Shown one piece after another: positions 13,101-25,600 of a DNA stretch of 64,000 bases. This DNA is from Podarcis melisellensis (taxonomy: Eukaryota). Made by a program: the position numbers and the translations under genes. A model generated the notes under the pieces. The model was not told the origin of the DNA and did no database searches. It saw only the letters and a list, made by a program, of their open reading frames with translations. The stretch's first letter is position 1, and the number at the start of each line of letters is the position of its first letter. The DNA lies in NCBI GenBank assembly GCA_964234715.1, contig OZ174281.1. One strand, given 5' to 3'.

Positions 13101-16100
13101 TAAGACAGAGTTGTTCCACCTGGCCTCTGGCTTGGAATCAACTTGATCCCCTTCCCCTCTTTCCTTTTTTCTTTCTCCTGTGATGGAACTCCTATTTGGG
13201 GACTTCCCTGGCTTTTTCTGGCCCACGTAGGACCAGTCTGGATAGTTGGCCTTGGTGAAGATTTGATGTTTTCATCACCAAAAAGTTTTTGATTTGAGTT
13301 TCTACTGAAATGAGGCTGCATTTTAATGTTGTATTCTAATATTGTTTTTAAGTTGTATTTTAATCAATTGTTTTTATACCTGGTGTTAGCCGCCCTGAAC
13401 CCAGTCATGGCTGGGGAGAGTGGGGTATAAATAATAATAATAATAATTATTATTATTATTATTACACAGCTTCCCAAATCAATGATGGGAACGCACTGGA
13501 TACAGAATAAATGGGAGTGTGTACACAACCTGTGTCTCTTTATTAACATATGCCGGTGTGGAAGGAACTCTGCCCCCACTCCCAAGGATGTTAGATCAGC
13601 TGCTTCAGGAGTGGGTGGGTAGCATTTCTAAGGGAGATACAACAGGCCCGCGAACTTGCGCCTGGGCTTTGCACCTGACCATTTGCCTATCTTCAGGTTT
13701 TGAAAGACAATGGCCAGGCTCTTCCCAATAACTGAAGGGCCTCTCAGTTTTTTGTGTAACTTCGCATAAGCAAGACTCTCAGTACAATCTGGGGTCCAGC
13801 ACAGAATTCAGAATTCTGATTTTTTTTAAAAGAACATTTTAAAGCTTTGTGGCTTTAAAGGATAAATTGATATTTTTAAAGGCCTGAAGGTATTGCCTTC
13901 TCCACAAGCTTGAAATACTAGCTTCAGAATAAAGCACGCAAAAGAGGAAATCTACATAAATCACTAGCAAATTTGAGTTATCATATAGGCACAGGAGTAT
14001 GAATGAACATACATAAAATATAAGGTGGACTAAAGGTGGAATGGGACACAGGTGGTGCTGTGGGTTAAAGCCTCAGCGCCTAGGACTTGCCGATCGAAAG
14101 GTCAGCGGTTCGAATCCCTGCTGCGGGGTGCGCTCCCGCTGCTCGGTCCCAGCGCCTGCCAACCTAGCAGTTCGAAAGCACCTCCGGGTGCAAGTAGATA
14201 AATAGGGACCGCTTACTAGCGGGAAGGTAAACGGCGTTTCCGTGTGCAGCTCTGGCTCGCCAGAGCAGCGATGTCACACTGGCCATGTGACCCGGAAGTG
14301 TCTGCGGACAGCGCTGGCCCCTGGCCTCTTAAGTGAGATGGGCGCACAACCCCAGAGTCTGTCAAGACTGGCCCATACGGGCAGGGGTACCTTTACCTTA
14401 AAGGTGGAATAATAGCATGGGTAATGAAAGATGGTAGCATGTTTTCAGGTATAGTTAAGCCAGATAAGAGTCAAACCACATTCCAACATTACAAAGCCTG
14501 AATATTCTAATTACTAATAAAATGAATAAAATTCAGCAGAGAGACGAACATGTTAAAGCCTCTGATGCCAAGATCTAAAAGAGCTCTACAGTGGTAATAA
14601 ACAGTTCCTGGAGGCAAGAGTAAAGCACACAGCATGGCCCCAGACAGTCACAAGTGATACCTCATAAGACCCATTTGTATACAATAAAAGAGGTAGGAGG
14701 TTATCAAGAGAAATAATAACTGGAATGGGGAAGAAAGAACCCTTTAAAATGGCGAGGAGGGGGGAAAACTTTGCATGTGCTCCACTTCCAATGGTTCATA
14801 TAATTAAGCAGACGTTTTCACAAGGAAAATACAGGAGCAAACCTTTGCTTTAAAAAGAAGAGTTAAGCAATTTTCATGCACCAAAAAGCATGAAAACTAC
14901 AAGATTGTTAGTTGTGACAGGCTACCTTGCAACTGTGGGGTGACTGATAGGTGTAGGATGAGGGAAATATATTGCTGCATCCAGCACTCAGAACTAGGAG
15001 ATGGGCAGCCGAGAGAAATCTCAGTCTGTCTCCTCCGTTTCTTCCAATTTTTTTAACTGACGTCAGGCCCGAATGATGGGAAGCCTGGCCACTGCTGGCT
15101 GCAGCAGCTAGAACTGGCGCATGGCAACCTCTGAGGTGAGTCACAGGGACAGATTTGTTTTGAAGCAGATGTTCAATGGCTGTTTACTTCTTTGGGAAAA
15201 TCTATCACAGCACATGCCTGAGAGAACCCCAGCCCAGCACTGACCTGAAGCTTGTAGTCCTTGCGGTTGAGAATGACAGCTGTTATTTGCTGGTCCATGA
15301 AGATGAGGATAATGACCAGAATGGCAGGCACTGACGATGCCAAGCATATCCACCAGGAGTTTGCTCCAAATGGAAACACAACCCAGCCTCTCTCAGGGTT
15401 TGTGGGCTGTAGAGAAAAGGTTGATTGGGAAAAGTTAGTAGGGCCCAGGCTGGATCAAGGGCAGGCGGCAAGAATTTCAGCCACAGATTTGTTGAGCTGC
15501 CTCCCCAGGCAAGGAAGCTCTCTGTGCCTCCACTCCCATCTGACCACACAGGCAGGGCTGCAAGGCTACTCACAGAGGGTGGCTTTCCAGCTGATTAAAT
15601 TACAGAGGGCTTGTTTTCATTACATCTTGATAGTGTTTTACAGGTCCTGTGATTAGAGTTACATGACTTTTTAAAAAGAAAAACCACCACCACCATTTGA
15701 TAAATGCATTCATCTTCCATATATTCTAAATAAGAATTAAATAAAACATTGGGCCTTGCTCTAGACTGGAGTCTAGAGCTGTGTTTCCCAAAGCATGTGG
15801 TCTTGCCCTTTGTGGGGCAGTGGAATTACCTAAGTGGGTGCTAAGAGGCAAGGGGGTGCTGGAGATGTAAATAACTACATCTGGATTTGCTGGATCAAGT
15901 TCTTCCATATTGTTGAATTAGGACTCCGCTCCATTGGCAAAGAAAAACCGCTTTATATGCGCTGGATATGCATTATAACACTGTGACACCAGATGGCGCT
16001 GTGGAGCTCCATTTTTGCCAACCTGATTTCTCACACAAAGTTTACAAGGCGTTTAACTGAAATGCTTCTTTGATGTGCCTAGATCCAGCCTTAATTAAAC

Positions 16101-19100
16101 TAAATAGTTTTAACTGGATTTTCAATAAATGTCAATTAACTGTTACTGTTTGAATTTTTTTGTTATTATAGGGGGTTGTGTATACAACTACTGTATTTCG
16201 AATAATGCTTTCTATAAGATGGAGCTTATGGGAATGAGCTTATGGAACAAAGGGGCAAGTGGACCCAAAAGTACGGAAACCGGTAGTCTAGAAGATGCCG
16301 CTGGCTTAAGGGTGGCCGCCAGGACCAAGGCCATTTGTCCCAGCCTCAAGTGCTGGTTGAGGCAGAAGACTTAGCTGAAGCTCTGCTTCTGCATCTGAAA
16401 CGGGCTCATTGTCTTCTTGTCCCTGCCAAGGGATCCCACTTGAATCCCAATTCATTTAACGTAAGACTGGCAGAGAAATGTCGGGCTCCAGTTACTCCAA
16501 GTTACTCCAGAAGCACCTACAAAGCCAGCCTCCTTGGTGGTGGCTTCTCCGACTCTGAAATCCCTCCCTGGAGAAGCCAGACTGGCTCCCTCCTTGCTGT
16601 GCTTCCTTCTCTGGCAGGTGAAGACCTCCTTAGTCCAACAGGCTTTGGGGAACTGACTGGTTTTAATTAAAGGGCTGGTGCTGCGCTGGTTTTTTAATTG
16701 TAAATAAAAGACATACAGATAATTATATTTTATATTTATGTTTAGTTTTAATTCTATAAATGTTTGAGTTTTAGCTGCTCCTATTTTATCTGTAAGGCAC
16801 CTTGAGTTCTTGCCAGGGAAAAGGGCTCAGTATAAATGGATTAATAGTGATAAGGATAATAATAGTATATGGGGCCCCGATCTTGGCCCTGACGTTTCAC
16901 CCACATTGCACAAGCTGCCTCTTGGCTGCCTGTTAGGAGGAGAGACCAGGCGCTCCCTCCTACGCCCCTCCTTTGGGAAACAGGCAGCGCTGCTCCCCAC
17001 GAAGCCTCAGTTAATCCTTAGTTAATCCTTCCACGCCCAGGCCTGCAGCAGGGCAGCTCAAGCTTGGCCCTGATCCACCAGCCGACTCCTGCTTCCCTGC
17101 TCACAGTGCCGCCAGGGAACAACCATGGCAGGGCTGCTTGGCTTTGGCTCAGTTACGATGCCTGTAGTCTGTGCAGGCCTCAAACACCTTAGTTTTATAC
17201 CCGTCTAACTGTCCTGGGTTCCCCCAAAGAATCCAGGCAACGGAAGCCTGAGACATGCACATCTCCCTCCCAGGGGTCCCTGGGGAGTCGGGATGGAGTC
17301 AGCAATCTTTCAAACATCAGGACATTGCCCCGCATTTGTGCTAAAGAGTCTAAGACAGCAATTCCATTTACACTTACTTGGGAGTAAGTCCTACTTAAAT
17401 CATTGGAGTTTATTTCTGAGTAAACATAGACTCGGCTATAAAGCTATGCCATATATATTTGTTGGAAGCAATAAATGAATAATTGATCCGTGTGCAGGAA
17501 ATATTTGTGGAGTACCAAACAAGACAACAGATCCTGCCCTGCAAAATTTGCAACCTAAAAGAGGCCTTCCTTCCCATCACAGCAATCCTTCCCTTTTGGG
17601 GGCAGCTGCCTCAAGAAGCCATGAGTCATAATTGTGAGCCTCTTTAGCCGTAGGCCACCTCCTTCATTTCAGTGCTTCTGCCCTCTTGCCTTTAACAGCA
17701 GCTGGACACAAAGCAAAGTTTAGAAGGTATTGCATTCACCATCACGCCCATTCTATTTCCATGCCAGGAAAAGCTTCCACTGCTCCACTTCTGTGTTTCA
17801 GGTGGTTTACAGAAGCCCAGGAGCATCCCATGGCTTCTCTCACTGTTCTTCCCCAGTCTCGTAATTTCCCCCTTCCCTGTGTGGCTGTAATGAGCAGCAC
17901 TGCAAGTGTGCTACGCAGGGACAGCTGCTACCTCTCCTTCTGCTGCACTGGAGAATTTTTGAGGTATGTGCAATTTCTCCAGGTTCTGCCTAGACACAGG
18001 AGGTGTGCCCTTTTATACCCAACAGACACTATAGTTTGGTGGTTGAGGGTGTAACTTGAGAGCCAGGAAGTTCCTAGTTCAAACCTCGCTGTTAAGTCAC
18101 TAGGTGACTTTATGCAAGCCGTGTCTCTCAGCCTCAGTTCTCCATCTGTGGCATGGAGCTAGTACTGCTGACCTTCTTCACAGGCTGCTTATAAGAATTA
18201 CAAAATTGCTGTGTGTTATTACTCCTCTTGGCGCACTTCCAAGAGGGACAGAGGGTGGGTCAGTCAGTCAACCAATCCCTAAGGAACCAAGAGGTATAAA
18301 TGGGCAAATTTTCCACAACATACTCCTAACCAATGTTAGCAATATGTTGCATTACTTTAATCCTGTCCAGGTGCAGAAAACTGGTTCTTCTCTGACTCCT
18401 GCCGTTCTTGCCTTCTGTACTGAGCCAGTCAACAATGTGTTACTTAATTCATGTTAATACACACTAATTAAAGGTATGCCCATTGCGCAGCATGAGACAT
18501 TCACACCCACACAGTGAAGTGGCCCTTCCCACTACCTTTTAAGAATAGTACTGGTGCTACAAGAGACCCAGAAACTGCACTGCACTGCCGGATCTTTTGT
18601 TTTAGCCCCTGCTGTCAAGAAGGCACAGATGATGCCCAAATAACCTCTGCTGAGCTCAGGGACCAAAGATGGACTACAGGACCCAAAGAGAGCTCTTGCA
18701 AGGTATTCTTATTTTGAATAGGCTTTATGAAACTACAGTCCCCATCTTGCATTATCACCCAGCCTTCAGGTTCGTGAGGGCTGGGTGGCAGGGACATCAG
18801 TCTGGGTGATGCCTTAAGTCCCTTCTCACAACTTGGGGTCCTATATCTCTGGGGGTAGAATGTATCAGAGCAAGCTTTATTTATTGGCTAGCTAGTTAAG
18901 CACCACAACCAGTATTAGTTTGTGCCATAGATGGGTGGTCCTTTCCCCCCTCCCTCACCTAACTGGTAGAGAGGAGAACAAAAGCCAGTGAGCTGGGTCA
19001 GAGGAGGCTGGAACCCGACACACGCTTGCTGTGCTGGAGCCAAAGCCGTGGCAGATGAAGAAGCAAGACCTTCAAGGGTGTTGATGCTGTGAGCTCCTCC

Positions 19101-22100
19101 ATCATATTCTCAGGTTGTATATATGTGTAAATAATACCATACACCCCAAAGACATGACAGTCTCTGCTGACCTTCATTCTAAGGAAACAGAACTCTGGGC
19201 AACTGCTGAACCCCTGGAATCTCTCAACTCTCTGAGATGGGGATGGCATATGAAAGGCCCAAAACATTTCAAGTAGTTATGTTGAACAGTAATGCTCCCT
19301 AAGGAATTTGTTTTGCAGAACTGCCTTACCAGTCTGCCATCTAGGGAAATGTGATCAAATGTGCTACATGCTGAGAAATTCTTTACTTTAACTTCTTTCT
19401 TATGTAATCCTCTCACACCTTCAAAATTCCACAGAAATGTATGGCCCCAGACGCAACATTTGCACTTATTCTGCACCCTAACAGAGCAACTCTTTGGCAT
19501 GCTCCAAGCCGGGCCCACCTTGAATTTGTTGGGCACAATGAGCTTCGGGGTCTCCAATCCGAGGGCAGCATCGATTCCACAGAATATGAGAATAGCCAGG
19601 ATGATGGAGAAGTCGCCCACCAGCCTCCTCAGCTAAAAACCAAACAAAATAATTGCCATGAGATTTGCAGAGCAAGGTTTACACTCGCAAGTACGCAGAG
19701 TTAAGGTTAGTGTTCCCATTCCAAAGAAGCCCTGGACTTTAATAAAATTCAGAAAAGTCAGGAGTGAAACACCTTATAAGGAAGGGTCCGATAAAAAGTG
19801 TGTGTTCCTTTCTATAAACCAAGATGTGAAATTATACTTCCTTTATAACTGTAGATGTTTGTGTGAGAGGANNNNNNNNNNNNNNNNNNNNNNNNNNNNN
19901 NNNNNNNNNNNNNNNNNNNNNNNNNNNNNNNNNNNNNNNNNNNNNNNNNNNNNNNNNNNNNNNNNNNNNNNNNNNNNNNNNNNNNNNNNNNNNNNNNNNN
20001 NTTGCAGGTGAGAGAGGGAAGGGATGGCAGCAGCAATCTAGCAAACATGCTCTACTTTGAGGAGAGAGGTCTGCATCCTCTCAACAATGGCCTGTTCTTT
20101 TCTTTAGTTTCTTTTTTGTGTGTTATTATGAGGGATGCAAAATTTAGAATGAAATATAAAATAAATGCTAAAAACAAGTAATGCCTGTGCACTTATTGTG
20201 CAACTCCCCCCCTCCCGGTCCCCAATGGCTGTAAAGAAAAAAGAAGAGCAATAAAATGGACAAGCTGCCAAGGGACACAACCCACGCTCATTCGAGAGCA
20301 GAAATCCTTACAGTGGGCTGCCCTTCGTCAAGGAAAAAACCCTCATTGCCTCCCCTAAAGTATCTAATGCAGTCAATGGGACCAACAAGCCTCATTCTGG
20401 ACCATGGACCACTAGGACAAGCACATCAAAAATAAAAGTTAAGTGATGGCTGGCGGGAGGGTGGGAGGATAGGGGAGCAAAGCAAACAGACTTTACACTG
20501 AAACATTTTGTTTAGAATCATAGAGAGTTGGAAGGGACCCTGAGGATCATCTGGTCCACCCCCTGCAATGCAGGAACACGCAGCTGTTCCATACGGGTAT
20601 CAAACCTGCCACCCTGGAATCATCAGCACTATGCTCTAACCAACTGCTCTACAGTCCTGGATTGTAGAGCTGAGCTTTTTGCTTATTGAGTATTCAGTTG
20701 GCCTTGGTGTCTGCTATGTTCAGAATCTGCCTGCAGATATAAAAAGCGCAGAGCTGAGTAGTTCTGCAGGGAATTCTGCTGGAATGGCCTCCTGCCTCCC
20801 CTCAAAGCCTCGGTGGCCCAGGGATGGAGGCATTCATTTCTCACTGAGCACTGGGCAATATCTTCTGGGACCCACCAGGAAGCACCAACTGAAGGAAGTA
20901 AGGAGATTTCCTGGTGTAGAAGAAACCAGGCACATGAAAGAACTTGGAGGGTGTAGTAGTAATCGCACATATTGAAACCACCCGCCCACCCCTTTATCCA
21001 GGGAATGGATGAGAGAGGGGAGGTACTCACAGCTGCCGGGAAATAGCGGCTGGACTTGAAGTTCTTTAAGGCCATAGAGCAGAGAAATGTTCCCAGGAAC
21101 AGAATGTAAGACATGAAAGTGATGTCAGGCACGAAGTTGCAGCTGTTGCCCACCAGGTGGCCTCCGAGTTGCACACACTCTTGCTTGGTCAGCAGGGACC
21201 AGTTCCCAGACTCGGACTGCTGTGGGGAAGAAAGCAGCAATCTCACGGAGGAGCCTGGCTTAAAGAAACGGATCCCAGCCCTGAGCAAGGCGGAAAGATG
21301 TGCTGTTGCCTAGGATGGATGTTTTGTGGAATTGATCCCAGTTTCAAGCATCATGATGACGTCTCTCTGTATGCACAGCATCCCTTTCTGCCTTTCTTCC
21401 CTCTCCCTGGTCCCCAGCCGCCCTGGAGGCAAAGATTCAGAGCAGGGACAGGGCTGGCCTGACCAACAGGCAATGCGAAGCAGCTGCCTAAAGCGGAGGT
21501 CGCTGGGATTCGGAGTGGCAGTGGCAGCCCTCTGCCTGCTTCTCTTGAGCCCTGGGGCTCTTCCCCTCCCTCAAAGGACAGAGCAGTGTGTGCCCTAGGA
21601 TCTCCTTTGCCTCAGGTGTGGGGTCCCATCACTGACATGGAAGTGCCCTGGGCTTGTAGAATGGGTGGGTGGCAGAGAGGTCCATCTTTGCCCTCTCCTC
21701 CTAGGCCACATCTGAATGAGGAGCGCATGGAACATACAGAGATGCTGTGCATCTCCCCAGACCGATGCTTTCACCACCAGGATGCTGAAAGGACAGCCTT
21801 AGTAGGTGGGTTAAGTAAGGGAAAGAGTGTGTCTTGGCTGCACATCTCAAGGCCACAGTCACTGGCAGCTGCAGCCAGGACGACCCTTTCCCCTGCCCTC
21901 CCACAGCAGGCTCATCCCATGGCTGCAACTTGCCCTCTGGGCCACTTCACCATTAACTAATAAAATGGGCAGGAGCATCTATTTGGGATTTTTTGGGGGG
22001 TGGGAGTTACGGGATGGCTCCAGAAGGACTGCAGAATGGTCTAGCATTTGTGAGGCTGTGATGTTTTCAAAAGAACGACATGAAATCCACATAAGGGTGA

Positions 22101-22637
22101 TGATGTATCTTGGCAGTGACGGCTACTGCATGATGACCCCTTGGCCATTCCACCTATCCCAGCTATGACACCAGGAAATAATTCAAGGTCTCCAAGGGAC
22201 ATGGAGTTCTTGATCCTCCTTTGGTCGGTTGCATTAGTCACAACATACTGTAGGCTCTTTGGACCTTGGTTTCCTTTTATTCACATCCTAATAATTGAAA
22301 ACGATTCAATTTCTTACCTCTCCCAAACTGCTGAAGGTTGGGAACAGTGTCTCGTTCAGAAGAGAAGAGTTGTCTGAAAGAAACAATGGTTAAGTCCAAG
22401 ACTATATTTCCTCATACAACCTGCCCAGGTTTTGAGATCTTCAGGGGATGCCCTTCTATTGATCCTGCCACCCTCCCAGGCACATTTGGGTGTGTGTGCA
22501 GGTGAGGGCCTTCTCTAGAGAAGCTAGACCGGCTCCCTCCTTGCATCCTTCTGCTGGCAGGTGAAGACTTATTCCAACAGACTTTGGGGACTGAAGGTCT
22601 GGTGCTCTGCTGTTTTTATTGTAAAAAAATTCCTCCA

Positions 22638-22693
<56 letters not shown>

Positions 22694-25600
22694 TTTCGTA
22701 GATTTTCACGGGTACAGGAATGCAGGTTTTGGTGTCCTCGGGTGTCTTCCCGTGTAAAAGTTGGGGTGTCTAGGCGACGTTTCGACGAGGTCTCACTCGT
22801 CATCTTCAGGCTGGTGCTTTCGGCTTCTTGTTACTGGAACAGAGCAGGATCTCCACCACCACACCCCCTCAACAGTATTTATAGGAACTCAAACACTGAG
22901 ATCCTGCTCTGTTCCAGTAACAAGAAGCCGAAAGCACCAGCCTGAAGATGACGAGTGAGACCTCGTCGAAACGTCGCCTAGACACCCCAACTTTTACACG
23001 GGAAGACANNNNNNNNNNNNNNNNNNNNNNNNNNNNNNNNNNNNNNNNNNNNNNNNNNNNNNNNNNNNNNNNNNNNNNNNNNNNNNNNNNNNNNNNNNNN
23101 NNNNNNNNNNNNNNNNNNNNNNNNNNNNNNNNNNNNNNNNNNNNNNNNNNNNNNNNNNNNNNNNNNNNNNNNNNNNTATGGTTTTAATATATTTTTATGT
23201 ATACATAAATAGTTTTAATTTTATCAATGTTTAATTGGTTTTCATTTTAAATATTGCTTTTCCTATGTTTTAAGCTGTTCTTATATTTGGCTGTAAACTG
23301 CCTTGAGTCCCTATCAGGGAAAAAGGCAGATATAAATAAATAAAATAATAATGTTAAACACTGAGCAGAAAAAACCCTAAGCTGAAGAATTTCTCAGATG
23401 TGACCCATCATGGACCAATCGGACTAGAGATACAGGCAGACAACAGCTTCCCTGCAGGGCATCCAGCCATCCCAACCCACCCATTGCAACAAGCATGGGC
23501 TTCTCATCTCACCTCTCTCTGGCACCCGGCAGGTGCAGCTGTACAAGGTGACATCACTGATCTTGTAGTCCCAGTTGACTGGGTAGTGTTCCACCAGAGA
23601 CAGCATCTTCTTAACAGCATCGTAGATGAAAATGAAGCTGATGAGGGCACAGAAGCCTTCTTCGGTGAAGCGTGTGAAATACTGCACCAAGTAACTGGCT
23701 TCGGTAGCCACCAGAATGAGGCCAAAGAAGGCCACCCAGAGGCCGATCCAGAGGCGGAATTCCAAGTAATCCAAGCTGTAGTCTCTGGAAGGAAGGAAGG
23801 GCCAAAAGAATATTCCTGAATGGGCTGCTTCACTTGCAAGAGAGCAGCCAGTTAACCACAAGACGCCACATCCTACTCCAGCCTTCTTGCCCTGGAGTCT
23901 CAACAAGGGAGGCACATAGCAGCTAAGGAGCTACATCTACAGCCAGTCTTCCACTATTGGGAGACTGACATTTCAGCACTTTCTCTTGCCAGCTTGCAGG
24001 TCGGCTCCCCTCACTCACAAAAAGGTAGAAAGAGATGGTAGTCTGAGGCCACCTATTTCTCACATGCACACCACTCAGTTAATAACTGAAATTATCAAAT
24101 TATGAGCCATGGAATCCATGCACTGCGGGGGGGGGGGGGAGGTAGAATGCGTCCCTCTTCTCATCAGAGGCACCAGCCTCTTCAGCTGTCAGGCTGAGCT
24201 GAAGACAGCTGACCAGCAATGCCTAGTCAAGACAAGCCTTTTGCTTTCATCCAGTGATAGCCTGCTTGCACTTGATCAGCTGAGGCCTATTGCATGATCC
24301 TTTTTATGTTGGGAAGTTAAGCCAGGCTGACTTCCTTACTGGGCTTGACATACTGAACCGTGCTCTGTAAATGCTTTGACACATTTCCCAATAACAGTGA
24401 ACATCCTGCTATGGAACTTGGTTACAATACAATTATGGCTGCAAAACACTTTTATGTACAAATAAGGAAGGATCCACCAACAATGGAAGAACAGCTGTTA
24501 AAACTGACTGACTTAGCTGGGATGGCAAAAATGACATGCTTTCAGAGGAAAGTCATCGTTAATATTTGTTAAAGATCGGAAACTTCTCGTAGACGTTTTG
24601 CATGAAAAGAAAATGAAGTAATGATATTTGGATTTGAGGACTGAAGATACTGTTTGTTTATAGAAAGTGGCTTTATGGGATGTAATATTGGACTGGACAA
24701 AGTGAATATCATTTTTATATCGTGGGCAGATGAATAATCAGAAAATCTTTATTTTCCTAATCTTATTTTTCTATCCTTTTTTTAACCTCTTTTCTTTAAT
24801 TTTTAATTTTTCTTTCTCTATTCCTTTCTCCCTCCTCTCTCTTGAATATATTCAACCTCTCTTGAATAACCCCGTCATTCAGAGGCATAAGCAAGGACAG
24901 CTCCCATGGCTTGCTTCCAACACGAACAACCCGATATGAGGGGCCTTACTTACTTGCTGAAGGAGAAAAGAAGCCGCTCAAAGACCAGGACAGGCCCCGT
25001 GCTGCTTAGGATGGTGAGAGGCTGGCCAGCAAACAGGCAGAAAAAGGCTCCAGCAAAAGCAGTTCCCAGGAAACTCTCCAGCACACCCTGAATCGCAGGA
25101 AGAAGCACATGGCTCTGGTTGGTTAGATGGCCAACTACCCCCGTCTAACTGCTGCAGCTGGGCTGGTGGGCATGAGATCCCCTGCTCCTGTGCAGCAACC
25201 AAGGAGTGCCAGTGCTGCATTCCCTTCTCTCCCCCCCCCCCCGCCGGTGTGCCTGTGCAGGTTGCTGTGGCAACATGAGGTGGGGGAGCTGAGGTGTTGA
25301 GAACCACAGAGCGCATGTGGGCACTGCGAGCAGGACTCTTGCTCAGACCTGCATGTTGTCTGTCGCATCTCCCAGCATCCCTCCAAAGGTGATGGCGTTG
25401 GTGACTGTGGCCAGGTAGATGTACAGGATGGCTGAAAGGCACTGGATGTTGAGGGCATCATAGAAATCACTGCAGTACCAGCGGGCTTTTCTCTGGATAT
25501 CCTTCAGTAACCCTCCAAATAGTCTGCAGCAGGGAGAAAAGGAGAGACTTCCTTAATCTGGGGTTTTTAATTTGCTGCATGTGGTTATTTTGGTCCCCCC

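Larger units (their letters stand above)
22691..23008. mobile_element. Penelope-like element (PLE) 3'-end/pLTR fragment with an inverted copy; continues into the gap
   Basis: Perfect 111-bp inverted repeat (22743-22853 / 22898-23008), CTGAAGA...GAAACGTC hammerhead core, TATAAATA (- strand) in the spacer, abuts a (TA)n tract. Confidence 0.8.
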
